Source: Octopus bimaculoides
Taxonomy: Eukaryota
Length of the DNA stretch: 64,000 bases
Direction of reading: 5' to 3'
Assembly: GCF_001194135.2 (NCBI RefSeq)
Contig: NC_068998.1
Span: forward strand, 39,123,251-39,187,250
Shown: positions 1 through 12,604 of the stretch, piece by piece
Layout: every line of letters begins with the position of its first letter
Numbering within the stretch: the first letter of the stretch is position 1
The notes under the pieces: generated by a model
The model's input: the letters and a program-made list of their open reading frames with translations, nothing else
What the model was told of the DNA's origin: nothing
Database searches by the model: none
Made by a program: the position numbers and the translations under genes

Positions 1-295
1 TAGAAAAATTGAAGCATGTCTTTGACGATTCCAGAGCATGTTGAACTTATTTTTGCATAACTTTTGGTCTATCTTATATTAACTGGGAACCAAAACCGTT
101 GTGAAAAACTATTCCATCAAGAATTCATCAATTCTCAATAGTAATTGCCATATTTATTGAGAAAAAGGTCACATGAAATAGTGTGGTGTTCATTCATTTT
201 TCCATACATCTTTATTATTTTTCCTTACATCTTACTTAACTCAATGTCTTATGCTTCGTTACAATATATTTATTTGTTTGTTTTCATCTTTTCAG

Positions 296-481
296 CAAAG
301 GAAATGTCAGCAACTCATTTTGAACAAGTTAACTGCTGAGAAAATTGACTTTGTTCAAATTGATATAACAGACCCCAGATATGCAAGCGAACGAACTCTG
401 ATGCGAGAGAATAGCAAACCAAAGACAGAAGGGGCTGTCCCAGTACCTCCTCAAGTTTTTAATGAATCAGAATATTGTGGG
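296..481 (+). CDS. SH3BGRL: SH3BGR-family protein, internal core exon (62 aa, QRKCQQLILNKLTAEKIDFVQIDITDPRYASERTLMRENSKPKTEGAVPVPPQVFNESEYCG)
   Basis: Pyrimidine tract plus TTTCAG acceptor ending at 295; GTGAGT donor at 482; 186 nt, phase 0-0. The peptide matches recalled SH3BGR family motifs (DI...MREN, PxPPQxFNExxYxG). The upstream first exon is outside the window. Confidence 0.93.
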
Positions 482-571
482 GTGAGTAGGATGTAGAAAT
501 AATCTTTTTTTAAAAAATGCAAATGAATGACAGAAATGTAATGTACTGTATTAAAATGTCTTGCAGTATTT

Positions 572-780
572 AATTTTGGCACAAGGCCAGTAATTTCAGA
601 AGAGGACTAAGTTGATTACATCAACCCCAGTTTTCAACTGCTACTTATTTTATGAACCCCAAAAGAGATGAAAGACAAAGTTGACCTCGACAGAATTTGA
701 ACTCAGAATATAAAGATTGACAAAATGCCACTAAGCATTTTGCCTGGCGTGCTAATGATTCTGCTAGCTTGCTGCCTTCT
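572..780 (-). mobile_element. tRNA-headed SINE, family A
   Basis: Shared head (AGCTGGCAGAA...GAGTTCAAATT) and CCTTTCATCCTTT-GGGGTCGAT-AAGTACCAG core on the minus strand; 11-bp target-site duplication TTGCAGTATTT at 561-571 and 781-791. Confidence 0.88.
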
Positions 781-1141
781 TTGCAGTATTTGATATTAAC
801 ATCCTGAGTTCAAGTCCTTCTTGAGCTAACTTCATATTTTTATTTGCCCAGGTGTTAATAAAATGATTAATTGATAAGGATATATGGGGGTGGGGGTGGT
901 TTAATCAACCATACTTCTCTTTAAATGTGTGATTTTCAGTCAAGGTAAACAAATCGATAATTAAAACATACGCTACATCAATTCATATGGATTAATAAAT
1001 CCTCTTCCAGCCATAAACGTTCTTAGTTTATCTATGTAGCTATTTGTAGGTTAAAACCTTAAATTAGAGAGAACAGTGGAGAAATAAGTATGTATGAATA
1101 CATGCATGTATGTATATGTGTGTGTGTGTTTATATATGGTT

Positions 1142-1174
<33 letters not shown>

Positions 1175-1249
1175 TTATATATGGTTTGTGTGTGTGTGCA
1201 TTTAATAGCAATTCATATTTACTTTTGTGTGTCTTTCAATTAAAATATT

Positions 1250-1479
1250 TTTCATTTTTTACTTGTCTCAGTCATTGAACTGTCCCCATGCTGATGCACC
1301 ACTTTGAAAGGTTTTAGTCTTACAAATCATCCCCAGTACTTGTTTTTTTAAAATTTTTTTTTTTTTTCAGACTGGTACTTATTCTAATGGTCTCTTTTTC
1401 TGAACTACTAAGTTACCGGGATGTAAAAAAACAAAAAAACCAATATTGGTTGTTAAACTGTGGTGGGGACACACACATG

Positions 1480-1510
<31 letters not shown>

Positions 1511-1676
1511 TGATGGGCTTCTTTCAGTTTTGATTTATCAAATCCACCCCACAATGTTTTGGTCAGCCTGGGGCTATATTACAAGGCACTTGCCCAAGGT
1601 GCTGCACATGGGGACTGAACCTGAGACCTTGTGGTTGGGAAGCAAACTTCTTGCCACACAGCCATACTTGCACCTA
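1250..1676 (-). mobile_element. tRNA-headed SINE, family B (internal microsatellite)
   Basis: Head GGTGCAAGTATGGCTGTGTGG...GGTTCAG, CCTTGGGCAAGTG motif, internal (CA)n, tail TGACTGAGACAAGTAAAA; matches 38243-38645. Confidence 0.85.
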
Positions 1677-4344
1677 TAAAAAATGATCTCTGGTTTTGAC
1701 ATTTTTTAGATTCATTTAAATTTGTATGTTTTAATTGAAAATTTCTTTCGCAACAAGACCAAATAATTTTACATTTTGCCATATGGCACTGTCTATTTTC
1801 ATTTTATTGTCAAGCCAGCATTACTCCCTGCCCAGATTCAACAAAATTCTTATAACATTTTAAATCCTAAACAAGAGAATATATATATGTGTGTGTGTGT
1901 GTGTTTAGTCTCTTGCTTAGAATATTGTTTTTTGAGCAAAACACTTCATTTCATGTTGTTCCAGACCCCCTTTTGATCAGGAGAAAATGTTGGCCTGTTT
2001 GCCTAGCCAGTGGGGTGGCATCATTTGAAGGCTAAAACAATGCAAGAGTGCATTGTGACCAGTGATGTTAAAACAACATCTGAGAACCTGGTTGGTCACA
2101 TGATCACATAATGTATCAGTTTGTTACTCTTTTTAAAAGTAAACTTTGCAAGACTTCTGAGACTGCTGTTTGTTGGACAGCTGTATGCAGACCAGCAACT
2201 CATTCTGAATGTTTATAATACTAGTTCTTTCTGTTCTGATTGATAAAGCCTGTAGTGGCACTGGTGCCAAACTGTATCTGTCTTTTAAGAAAAGTCTTTG
2301 TCTTGGACAACACTTTAAACATGAAGTGAGAAGACTTACATGCATGGACAGTTGCTGTCTTCCACAAAATACTTTGGTTAGGTCTGTGTTTACAGGTCTA
2401 GTCCTATGATCAACTCTGACTTCCAATAATCTGTAGAAGAGTGTAGTTAAAAGTTAGCTACATGTGTTCAAAAGGAGGTGACAAAAGCCACTTAAGAGAA
2501 ATTGGTGCCATTATTGTAGCTGTAGAAGATACATGAATGTTGAAGGATTTTAATGCTGAAGTGGTTTTCTACCATGCCAATGTTTTTAGGGTTGTTTTTT
2601 TTTTCTTGGGTCCTATCCATTAGCTTTAGGCGTCAACATACTGTAGTAGATTTTTAGATGCCTGTGATGTTTAAGTAGATAATTAGGTATATTGATTGAT
2701 AACTTAAAGAATGTTGTTTGGAGAAAGAAAAAAATTTCTCTTCATCAAAAATAAAAAAATTATCTGGCTGTATTCTATAATAGTGTTATGCTAACGAGTT
2801 TCATTTTGGAAGAAAATTCTTCATACAAGGAAGAAGAAGAAAAATTGTTTAACTAAAATAATTGGTTTGTTGTTACAAATTTTCTGGAATATGTTCAAAA
2901 AATGTAGAAGAATTAAAATTTATTACTTTCAACAGCAGTGCGGTGACATGTTGTATAGGAGCTGCCTTCTAAAATAGGATTTATACCTTTTACTAGGCAG
3001 GTTGGCATGACTTGGGGAACAGTTGCCAAATTATATTACAATGCTGATATACAATCTTCCTTTGGCAGAGAGTATGAGAAGCAATAAATATCATTATCTT
3101 TGAAAATCAGTAAACTTTCTTACATTTTTATTTATTGAAATTAAGAGGAAAGCAGGAAGAAAACAATTTTTTTAAATGTTTTGAAATATGTAAAATTTTT
3201 AGAATAAAAATATTTTTTTTATCTCTTCACATCTGATAATAAGCCCATTCAAATTTTCCTATTTTTATAAAAGGGGGTGGTGGTGGTGGTCGGTGGAGTG
3301 TAACTAGTTGTAAGTGGATTTTTAAAAATATGAGCCATTCTTTCATGATCTAACGCTTTGTCAGAATTTCTGAATATGTCCATTATTCATCTCCTGTATT
3401 TTTTCGCTAATATTTAGGAGGAGTTATTTATATTGTTTGCTGCAAGTTTCTGGAATTTTAATAAGTATATAGCGTAAAAATCAGATAACACTATAATACA
3501 TGAGCTACATTATCACATCTTGGTTTTCTATAACCGTTATCATTTTTACTTGTTCAGTTTATATAGTTTTATGCTTTACTTCCATTTACAAACCACCACC
3601 ACCATCATCACCACTATTATTGTCACCACCACCATGACAAGGGCAAAAATATCCTTTAAGATATTTATCAAGTGTGTTTTACTATATTTTATTTTCAAAA
3701 TAAATCATCCAATGTTTTTGCCCCTCTCTTTTGTCTAATTGAATCTTTGTGTTCAGTAATCAGTCATCTCATGTTAATAGTTCTTGACGTTTTTTTTTTT
3801 CCTCCTGCAAGTTTTATTACATGTTGAATCACCATACATCTAACCTCAATGTGGAATGATTACTTGATTAGGAAAATTCTCTTTAAGCCTACAAGACGAA
3901 TGCTTCTTTCTTGCAAAGTTCAACTTTACGATTATTGATAATATTGTTGCTCTTATTGATGTTAGTTAGAAGTCCTTATTGATGTGACTAATCAATAATA
4001 TTAATGTAAAGATACAGTAGAATAGCAGAAATGCTAGAGTGTCCAATTAAATTCCTTGTATCATTTAGTCTTAACCCTTTGGTACAGAGTTTAAATTACA
4101 TTGAAGTTGGTTTTACCTTTCATCCCTCTGGGGTTGATAATGTAAGTACAGTTTGCGAATCTATCATCTGAAATTCCTGCAACCAAAAGTATCACAGATT
4201 TCAGATCCTTTTTGGATTCTGGAGTATTTTTATATTTGCATCGATAAAATGAGAAAGCCTACAGATGGGGCCTGTATTTAAAACACAATATCCATTTACA
4301 TTTCATGATACAGCTTATGCATATACCCTGAATATCATCATCGT

Positions 4345-4990
4345 TTCCTGCTATCTTCACTTGCAGTAGAATTCACGCCAACATAAGATAGTTGCCGCCA
4401 CAGTATTTGATCTTTGGCAAGGGCATTCAGGAGAAGCTATGTCAAGACCTGTCCATGTTGTGGTGTTATCTCTCCATCTTTTAGGTTGCCGACCTTTGTT
4501 TCTCTTTCCATTAATCACGCTTTCTAACAGATCTTGCTGATGCCACAAACCATTCGTTCAGTGTGGCCAAGCAATTTGAGTTCGTTATTTTTGATGTCAG
4601 AGGTGACCGGTGGTAATTTGGTCATTTATCTTAAATTCTGAGGTGGTCTGAGAATTTGGTGTTAGTAATAAGTTGCATCACATGATTCTGAAAGACTTCC
4701 AGTTTTTGTAGTGCAACAGAAGTCCAGTTGACACATTCTAGCCCATATAAAGCATCTGGAAGAACACAGGCGTTGTAGATGCTTGATTTTATGTGGTACA
4801 AGATTCATTTTTGCTCTTATCAAAGGCTGCCTACCAAGTTCAATTCTATGGTTCACAGCTATCATTCCATTGTTTTTTGAAGAGAGTTTGTGTCTGAAGT
4901 AGATGAATTCAGAGACTTGCTTTACTGGGTTGCATTTTTAGGTTGAGGTCCAGATTGGATTTGTCTGCTGTCATGCATTCTGTTTTTGAC
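4345..4990 (-). mobile_element. Decayed RTE-clade LINE, C-terminal ORF fragment
   Basis: Minus-strand peptides LKLLGHTER and GKRNKGRQPKRWRDNTTTWTG plus an upstream HRIELGR...KMNL segment resemble the RTE region after the RT domain; frameshifted. Confidence 0.7.
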
Positions 4991-5240
4991 ACCCTGAATA
5001 TAGTTTTGTATAAATTTTTGATAATGTTTTATACATAGTAACAGTAAGCATTATACATAGTAACAGTAAGTGGTAGAATGCTCACCTGCCACATGGCCAG
5101 ACATGTTCTTGTAGAATATTGAAAATGAATGACCCTGCTTGTATGTTAGTGACACTTGTTTACAACAATCACACAATGTTAAGAAAGGGAGATACAAAGT
5201 ACACACTCACACACATATGCATATATATATATATATATAT

Positions 5241-5437
5241 CATCATCATCATCATTGTTTAATGTCCGCTTTCCATGCTAGCATGGGTTGGACGATTTGA
5301 CTGAGGACTGGTGAAAACCAGATGGCTACACCAGGCTCCAATCTGATTTGGCAGAGTTTCTACAGCTGGATGCCCTTCCTAACGCCAACCATTCAGAGAG
5401 TGTAGTGGGTGCTTTTACGTGCCACCGACACGAAGCC
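5241..5437 (-). mobile_element. Repeat C (RTE-type 3' end with (GAT)n tail), 5'-truncated
   Basis: (CAT)n-TTTAATGTCCGCTTTCCATGCTAGCATGGG..., near-identical to the copy at 27228. Confidence 0.88.
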
Positions 5438-5452
5438 AATATATATATAACC

Positions 5453-5490
5453 TCTTTCTGTTGAAGAGTGTAGGCTTGAAACATCAAAGA
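5453..5490 (+). ncRNA. Minimal type I hammerhead-ribozyme-like motif in a Penelope-like fragment (5452-5580)
   Basis: TCTTT-CTGTTGA-A-GAGT-GTAG-GCTT-GAAA-C-ATC-AAAGA: 5-bp stem I, 4-bp stem II with two G.U pairs, GAAA and an NUH site. Core A6 is replaced by U. Confidence 0.6.
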
Positions 5491-5595
5491 CTTTTCCATT
5501 CTCCTTGAGAGTCAAACTAATACACTTGCTTGTTGTTCCCTCACCTGCTGTCTTCATCTTTTGTTTTCTATAAATTTGAATTATATATTCATATA

Positions 5596-5765
5596 TATTA
5601 CACACACACACACACACGATGGACTTCATTCTGTGTCTGTTTTGTCTGTTTACTAAATCCACTCATATGGCTTTGGTTGGCTGCGAGCTATATATCGGAG
5701 AAGACACTTACCCAGGGTGCTACACAGTGGGACCGAACCTGAAACCATGTGGTTGGAAAGCAAAC
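5596..5765 (-). mobile_element. Family B SINE, 5' half ending at the microsatellite
   Basis: GAAGACACTTACCCAGGGTGCTACACAGTGGGACCGAACC matches the family B head in reverse. Confidence 0.75.
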
Positions 5766-6189
5766 CGTTGTGGTAGCGCTGTGGTTACTGTTGCAGCAGT
5801 TACAGTAATTATTAGTATCTGATGGAAGAATTGGTGGCAAGTTGGACAAAATGATTTTCAGCATTCCATTGACTCCTTTATATTTTGAGTTCAAGTCCAA
5901 TTAATCTCAACATTGCCTTTGAGGTAAATAAAAGAAGTACTCACTACGTACTTGGGTTGATATCACCAACTGGATCATATTCCTCTTCCAAACGTATGCC
6001 CATGTCATTGTATTAAGTTAAGTATCATTACTGTTGTAGTTCTTGTTATAACTATTATTTGTGTTCTTGTTGAGACTAAGTTGATTCTTGATTAGTGTTT
6101 TATTATTCTGCTCAAGCTAACTAATTCAGGTATCATTCATTAGAAACTACTATTAATCAGGGAAAATTAAAAGCAACAACAAAAATGTA

Positions 6190-6525
6190 AACTGTATCAC
6201 CTCTTCTGTCATCACAACCACCATCACTATCGTCATGAAGATTATTGCTATCCCCACTTTCCATCCGCATCATTATCGCTATCCCTGTCATAATCATTAG
6301 CGTCATCACCACTATCATCAAAACTAGTTCTGTTATCATCCTAATCATCATCATCATCACTGACTCTCTTGTCATTGCTTTCATCATCACTAGCTCTGTT
6401 ATCATTACTTTCATTATTGTCACTAACCCTGTTATCATTGCTTTTATCATCATCACTGGATCTGCCTTCAGCATCACCACCACTCATCACCACTGCCACC
6501 TTCATCATCATCATCATCATCATCC
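6190..6525. repeat. Decayed (ATC)n low-complexity tract
   Basis: Trinucleotide periodicity opens spurious ORFs in several frames on both strands. Confidence 0.85.
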
Positions 6526-6833
6526 TGACATTATTTTTATTAATAATGTATTGTTACAGCAACTGGCAACAATTTGATGATTTAAATGTCCTCCTATAGT
6601 CACATTGATTCTCCATGTCAAATATGGATTAAGTGTCACTGTGGTAATATGAATTAAAATGGATTAAATGGATGTTGTCATAGCAACATAAGCTAGATGT
6701 ATCACCATGGAGTCGTGAATTAACTATGTCACAGTAGTTGTGTTGATATGGTGTGTCCCACTATGGTGTCACTCGGATTCGGTATTCTCAAGTCATGACT
6801 GTGGCTTCGGTGTACACCACCATGGCAGTTTCT

Positions 6834-7069
6834 TATTTCTTTACTACCCACAAGGGGCTACACACAGAGAGGACAAACAAGGACAGACAAATGGATTAAG
6901 TCAATTATATCGACCCCAGTGCGTAACTGGTACTTATTTGATCGACCCCGAAAGGATGAAAGGTAAAGTCGACCTCGGCGGAATTTGAACTCAGAATGTA
7001 ACAGCAGACGAAATACTGCTAAGCATTTCGCCCAGCGTGCTAACGTTTCTGCCAGCTCACCACCTTTAA
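6834..7069 (-). mobile_element. tRNA-headed SINE, family A, young full-length copy
   Basis: Intact head and core with CpGs retained; 12-bp TSD ATGGCAGTTTCT at 6822-6833 and 7070-7081. Confidence 0.92.
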
Positions 7070-7636
7070 ATGGCAGTTTCTATTAAGTGTTTTTTAACTA
7101 AGGCACTGTTAAATACCTCAGTGTCTTTGGGTATGCTATATAATTGTATCTGATGCACCCACATAAAACTGTGGATTAGTTATGTCTCATTAGATCTGAT
7201 GTACCCACATAGGTCAGTAGATTAACCTAGTACCATCGTTAAAGATCTATGAACTAAATACTCTGCTATGATTGAATTACATTCACGAGAATATTCTTTT
7301 AAAAGCTTGACGATCTAAGAGTTGTTTCTTCTTTTATCATGACAGTTTCTAAATATACCACAAAATGTCTACAATCAGTTTGTGATGTAAATCTGTAGTT
7401 AAATAACCAGTATTTTCTCTCAGTCGGTACAACCCTCCCCTTCACATACATCCATCTCTATATCCCTCAATGCTGGCTTATGAGTCACGAGCCATGAGTA
7501 GAAGATAAAAGATCAGACATTATCTAAAGCGAGCTGCTGTTGTCAAAAAATAGAAAACTAAGTTCACATTGCTTTGTGTGTGTAGTTGGATTAAATGAAT
7601 ATCTAGATTGCCATTGTCTGTGTCTTCTATAACACA

Positions 7637-7674
<38 letters not shown>

Positions 7675-7869
7675 AATGGTGATTTCCAGCAGCAACTAAT
7701 ATTTCTTATGTTAGTACAATGCATAAAAGTTTTAGAAAAAGAGAGAGAAATGAAAATCTGTAACATTTAAGCATGTTTTTCAAGACTTTAAACTTGGTTT
7801 GCTGGAAACATATTTCTCGCTCTACAGCAGTTCTAAATATTTTTTTAGGCTGGCACAATACCCAAAATG

Positions 7870-8310
7870 TTGGAACTGCATCAGGTTCCATAGTTTGTTT
7901 TGGCATGGTTTCTACAGTTGGATGCCCTTCCTAACACTAACCTTTAGTTGGCAAACACCTACCTCTAGTTGGCGAACACCTACCTCTAGTTGCCGAACAC
8001 CTACCTCTACACTAAATTTGTCACTGTACTCATGGTTAACTCTTACCTTACTAACAACACCCCTGTACATAGCCTGTATTGCTTTCATAAGCAATTTGTC
8101 AACCTCTAGCTTCCCCAGAGACCACCATATCACAGAGCGAGGTACTCTGTCAAGGGCTTTCTCGAGATCAACAAATGCCAAGTGCAGAAGCTTGTTTTTG
8201 GCTAAATACTTCTCTTGCTGTTGCCTGACTATGAAGATAGCATCTGTGGTGCTTCTCTCTAGGACAAAGCCAAACTGTATTTCATCTAATCTAATTCTGT
8301 TCCTAATTAA
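7870..8310 (-). mobile_element. RTE LINE reverse-transcriptase fragment fused to the RTE 3' UTR (internal deletion)
   Basis: QFGFVLERSTTDAIFIVRQQQEKYLAKNKLLHLAFVDLEKALDRVPRSVIWWSL...VGVRQ is classic RTE RT sequence; it runs directly into the AGGAAGGGCATCCAACTGTAGAAACC repeat C sequence. Confidence 0.9.
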
Positions 8311-9278
8311 TCAGGCTATAAAACATGCATATACACATACTTACACTCACTAGTTGATGGTAGGAAAGATATCCAATTCACAAAGAACTGTCTCCAGTTA
8401 TGTGTTGTTCTTATCTACACACTATTGCACTTTTGTTTTTGTTACTGTTGCTATAGCGAGGAGCATAATCAGGTTAGTGGCTTGTAAACAATCCATACAT
8501 GGAGAGAAAAAAGTAGTCGCTAAAAGAAATTAGGTACTCATTAAATTTAAAAAGAGAAACATTTCCTCATCTTTTCCTGCCCTTATTTACATGCAAAATG
8601 TCTTTACACAAACTTGCTGGAACCTTGTATTGTACAGATATAGACATAGTCTACTCTCACTAAACATGTAAGGTTTTTGCTATTTGGAGTTATTAGTGGT
8701 AAAAAAACGAAATAGTAGCAATTTATTTTCAGTAATGACAAGTTGATCCAATTAAATACCATAGTTAAGATGTCCTTCTGATCTCTCTCCCACCCACCTC
8801 TTGTAAAAGGCTTATCAAAATGTCTTTATTAAATTGCCAAGACAGTGGCTCTCGAAATGAAATCTACCCACTTCTCATTCATTCCACTTCTCTTCTTAAA
8901 GAGTGTAGTCTATGTGTGAGCAATGTCTTTTCTTAAGTGCAGTGTTTATTTGATTGTCATATTGTTTAGAAATTGCTTGAGTTAGCTGTGATATTTTGCA
9001 TTCTCCTCCTACATATAAACACAATAGAGGATTGGTGACAATTACTGTGACATCAGAACATTCCCCTGTTTTTGGTAAGAAAGTTTCCATATAGTCACTG
9101 AGGCAGCCATGGGGTGCATATAAGATGTCCCAAAAGTTAGGATTTATAATGTACATTTAATGTGCTCACTCAGAAGTAAAGTTTAGAAAGAAGATCATCC
9201 AAACAGCCTGTCCTGATTTACTTTCCCAAATATACATCAGTCAAACTTTGAGAAGATGGTGGTATTTTGAGCTGTGTG

Positions 9279-9840
9279 GTAATATTTATCCCTACATAAA
9301 TGTGGATGTTTTATCAGAACAAGCTATACTGCAGCAGTTACCGTGAGAAAATCTCTCACATTGGCTTTTGTTGCATAATGCACTCTTGTTTGTATCACTA
9401 GTGGGGAGTAAAATCCCAGCTACCTCTCCAGTGCCAAGACCACCAGCTTATGTGGTTTTGAACTTTGGTTTTATCAACGATGCACGCTTGACTGCTAGAG
9501 ATAGCAGCAATCCATCTCCCTGCCAGCAACATATAGAAAATCAGTGCCAAAACAGATGCTGCTATCACGATTAGCCAGTTAGCTCATTAAGCAAAATATG
9601 TATTAGCGACAGAGGCAGTATTAATACTGAGAAGTAATATTTATCCCCACTTAAATGTGGATATTCTATTGGAACAGACTATACTGCAGCAGTTTCCATG
9701 AGAAAATTTCTCATATTGAGTTTTGGCACAAAATACACTCTTGTTAATATTGCTAGTGGGGAGATAAATCCCCACCACCTCCAGCACCAAGACCACAAGA
9801 TCATGTGATTTCGACCTTCCTTGGTCTTATCAATGATGTG
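9279..9840. repeat. Diverged direct duplication, ~205-bp unit, period 355 bp
   Basis: GTAATATTTATCCC...TTATCAA(C/T)GATG at 9279-9482 and 9634-9838. Confidence 0.85.
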
Positions 9841-10172
9841 TTGCATGCATATCCCTGTTTTTTAAGAACAGGGTTAATGTACCTCTGCATGTTATAAGTG
9901 CCTAAAGGGGTTGGTGTCAGAAAAAGCATCTGGTCATAAAACACTGCCTCAGAATCTATGCCAACATGGAAAAATGGACATAAAAACAATGCTAGTGATC
10001 ATACTATTTCAATAGAACTGTCACTTGCAAATGATTATGATTTAGTTTTGTTTGTTTTTTAGTTGTCCATATGGTTGTGGACATCTCCTCCACCTTCACT
10101 TCCTTGACCCAGTAACATCCAGAACATAATAGCTAGAGGGGAAAGAGGTTTGCATTATGCTTCTGACTGTTA

Positions 10173-10312
10173 CATTATTTTATCAACCCTGAAAGAACGA
10201 AAGGCAAACTTGACCTCGGCAGCATTTGAACTCAATGTAAAGAGACAGAACAAATACTGCAAGATAGTTTGTCTGATGCACTAATAATGATTTTGCCAGT
10301 TCACTACCATTT
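10173..10312 (-). mobile_element. Family A SINE, degenerate partial copy
   Basis: Recognisable GGCAAAGTTGACCTCGGC..ATTTGAACTC segment, diverged. Confidence 0.7.
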
Positions 10313-10931
10313 AGTGGCTGTAGTAATAGGATCAGTATTAGCTAAACACTGTGTTGCACAACTGTATTCAAATATTGCAAACCTTCCACTTCCAACCTAC
10401 TCACTGAACACTTAAAGTTGTTTGTCAATCTTTTTCTTTGGTTGTGTTTGTGTGGTGGGAATGGGAAAGGTTAGATGGATTCCAAGTGATTAGTCTGAAC
10501 AAGTTAAGGAACCCAGGGCAACTGATATGTGTTAATGGCTTTAATGATTTATTTGAACAACGACAATGGTGGTGGTGGTGGTGGGGCGAGTGGTTGGATT
10601 TAATTAGATTTGTTTAGTTTTACTTTATTTCAACACTTAGCAATCAAACAGCAAATACATTCATATATTTGTAGTTATACAGATGGAGGCAAGGTGGGTT
10701 GAGGAAAGGGGAGAGAGTTCAGGTATATGCTAATATTTCGGTGTGGGGTGGGGGGTGGGGGAATCACTAGGGAGAGTGTGAAATGAGTCCTGAAAGCATT
10801 TATTTGGTGGAAATTTGCCAACAAACAATAATGCTCTTGTGTGTGTACGGAAATTGAGCGTAAATGATATTAAATAAAGGTCTGGGAATTTAAAGTTTGT
10901 GTGTTCATGCTATATACTGTATATGTATGTA

Positions 10932-10972
<41 letters not shown>

Positions 10973-11324
10973 ACACTACTACTACTACTTTTATTGCTAG
11001 GTAATCAGCAATTCACAATGTTTTGGTAATGCTGTGTCAGAACATATAATTAGAAATGTTCTTATTTATGGAGGTAGGGGTTATCTTAAATTATTTCCTG
11101 AGAAAATTTTAAGTCTCTCTCTCCAACCACCTCCCACCTCCACTCAGCACCACTGCCTCTGTCCTCTTATGTTTCCACTTAATCTTCAAATCAACCTTAA
11201 TATCCTCCCACAAAATGTGCGACCTTGTGCCAACCCTAGTAACCATTAACGTGACAGTGGCTTTGATTGTTTGTTCTTGTTAATGCCCTAGGTCATCTTT
11301 AATTGAGTAGACCTATAACACTGT

Positions 11325-11850
11325 AACATGATTTTTGTCCTTGGTTAGCAAATGTTATTTCCTAATTGCTTACCCCTAGAAAATATGAAAAATGGCTAAT
11401 ATTTCCTTCAAACTTTGCTTTTGTTACATTTATTCAAAACTTCAAAGAATCTCTCTCAACACATGGATATGAAACTCTCCAACTACTCCTGCTCATGATC
11501 AGAGGTGCACATGTTGTCAGCCACTAATTGACATGTTCAAGTGGTTATGGTCAAGCAACTGACAAGCAAATCTGTGATATTGATCAAAATACTTGTTATA
11601 ATGATACTTCTGCTTCAGCAGCTCAGTGCTGCATATGTCTGAAATGTAATGGAAAATAGGTCAGTTTCAAAACATCAATGTCCAGATCACAAAATCAAAG
11701 ATAAAAGAGAATTGTACTCATTTCCTTTGATTTCTATATAGAAGCAAATAAGATTTTACACTTACTGACCAAAGACAAAAAAAATTTGTTACACTGTAAT
11801 CAAAGGCCTTCAAGTTATCACCAAGGCATTTTTTTTACCTTCCTTTTTAA
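11325..11850. repeat. Dispersed repeat D, class unassigned
   Basis: ~480 bp collinear with 24135-24600; the CAAAGAATCTCTCTCAACACATGG segment is also seen at 63955-63985. Confidence 0.75.
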
Positions 11851-12604
11851 AAAGGGTAGCGTATGATTTGAGGGAATTCGGTTGCATTGCTATTTCTAAA
11901 TAAACAGTTGACCACTTCAAGGTTTCCTGGCTATCACATTATTGTTGTTATTGGACAAAAATTATTTCAGATGTATATTTTGGTTCTTCTAGCTTTATTC
12001 TTTTACTTTGTTTTTCTAAAATGAAAACTGCTCATAGTCATCCTAACCGTGGTCAGCTATTTGTTTCCTGTCAACCATGCAATAAAATGACCATGAAATC
12101 AGTCTAGTCTACTCAGTTATGAGGGCAGGGGTTAATAGTTTACAACTGTAATAAGTGGCAACACTGCACAATTAACAAGTGTTGCACTGATGACTCAGTG
12201 TTCCTTGAGTGGGTATAATCTCTTATTCTTTTACTGGTTTTACAATGTGTTGTGGCCATACTGGGTCACTGCTTTCCAGGATTTTAGTCAATCAATATTC
12301 ATTTTATCAAGTTCTATTTATCAACAGGTTATCATTTTTCTTTTGCCAGTTACTTCCATTTAGTCACATTATTGTTCTACAGTTTACACCAATATACACA
12401 AACATATATACACACTTCATCTTCATTATCATCATTGTTCTTGTGTTTATTTTTTCTATGTTGATATGAGTTGGACAAAATTTCTCAAGGTGGATGTTCT
12501 TCCTAATGCCTTTTTCTTGGTTTCAAATAAGTTACTTTCTTCAACTGGGCTTCACACATCAAACCTCTCAACTGGAAGACACATTGTTTATGTAGCACAT
12601 ATGC

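Noticed and set aside
6157-6599. Overlapping Ile/Met/Asp/His-rich ORFs, also at 17924-18197
   Set aside because: Products of decayed (ATC)n on both strands; no consistent frame or splice context.
7945-8007. CRISPR-like repeat array (also 45495-45670)
   Set aside because: Units are contiguous or irregular, lack unique spacers, and there are no cas genes; eukaryotic context.
10740-10762. G-run clusters as G-quadruplex regulators (also 885-900)
   Set aside because: Fewer than four G3+ runs in each, and such tracts are common in this low-complexity background.
12187-12215. Other CTGATGA hits as hammerheads (12187, 29946, 43160, minus strand at 43355)
   Set aside because: No correctly placed GAAA plus NUH after a closing stem II.
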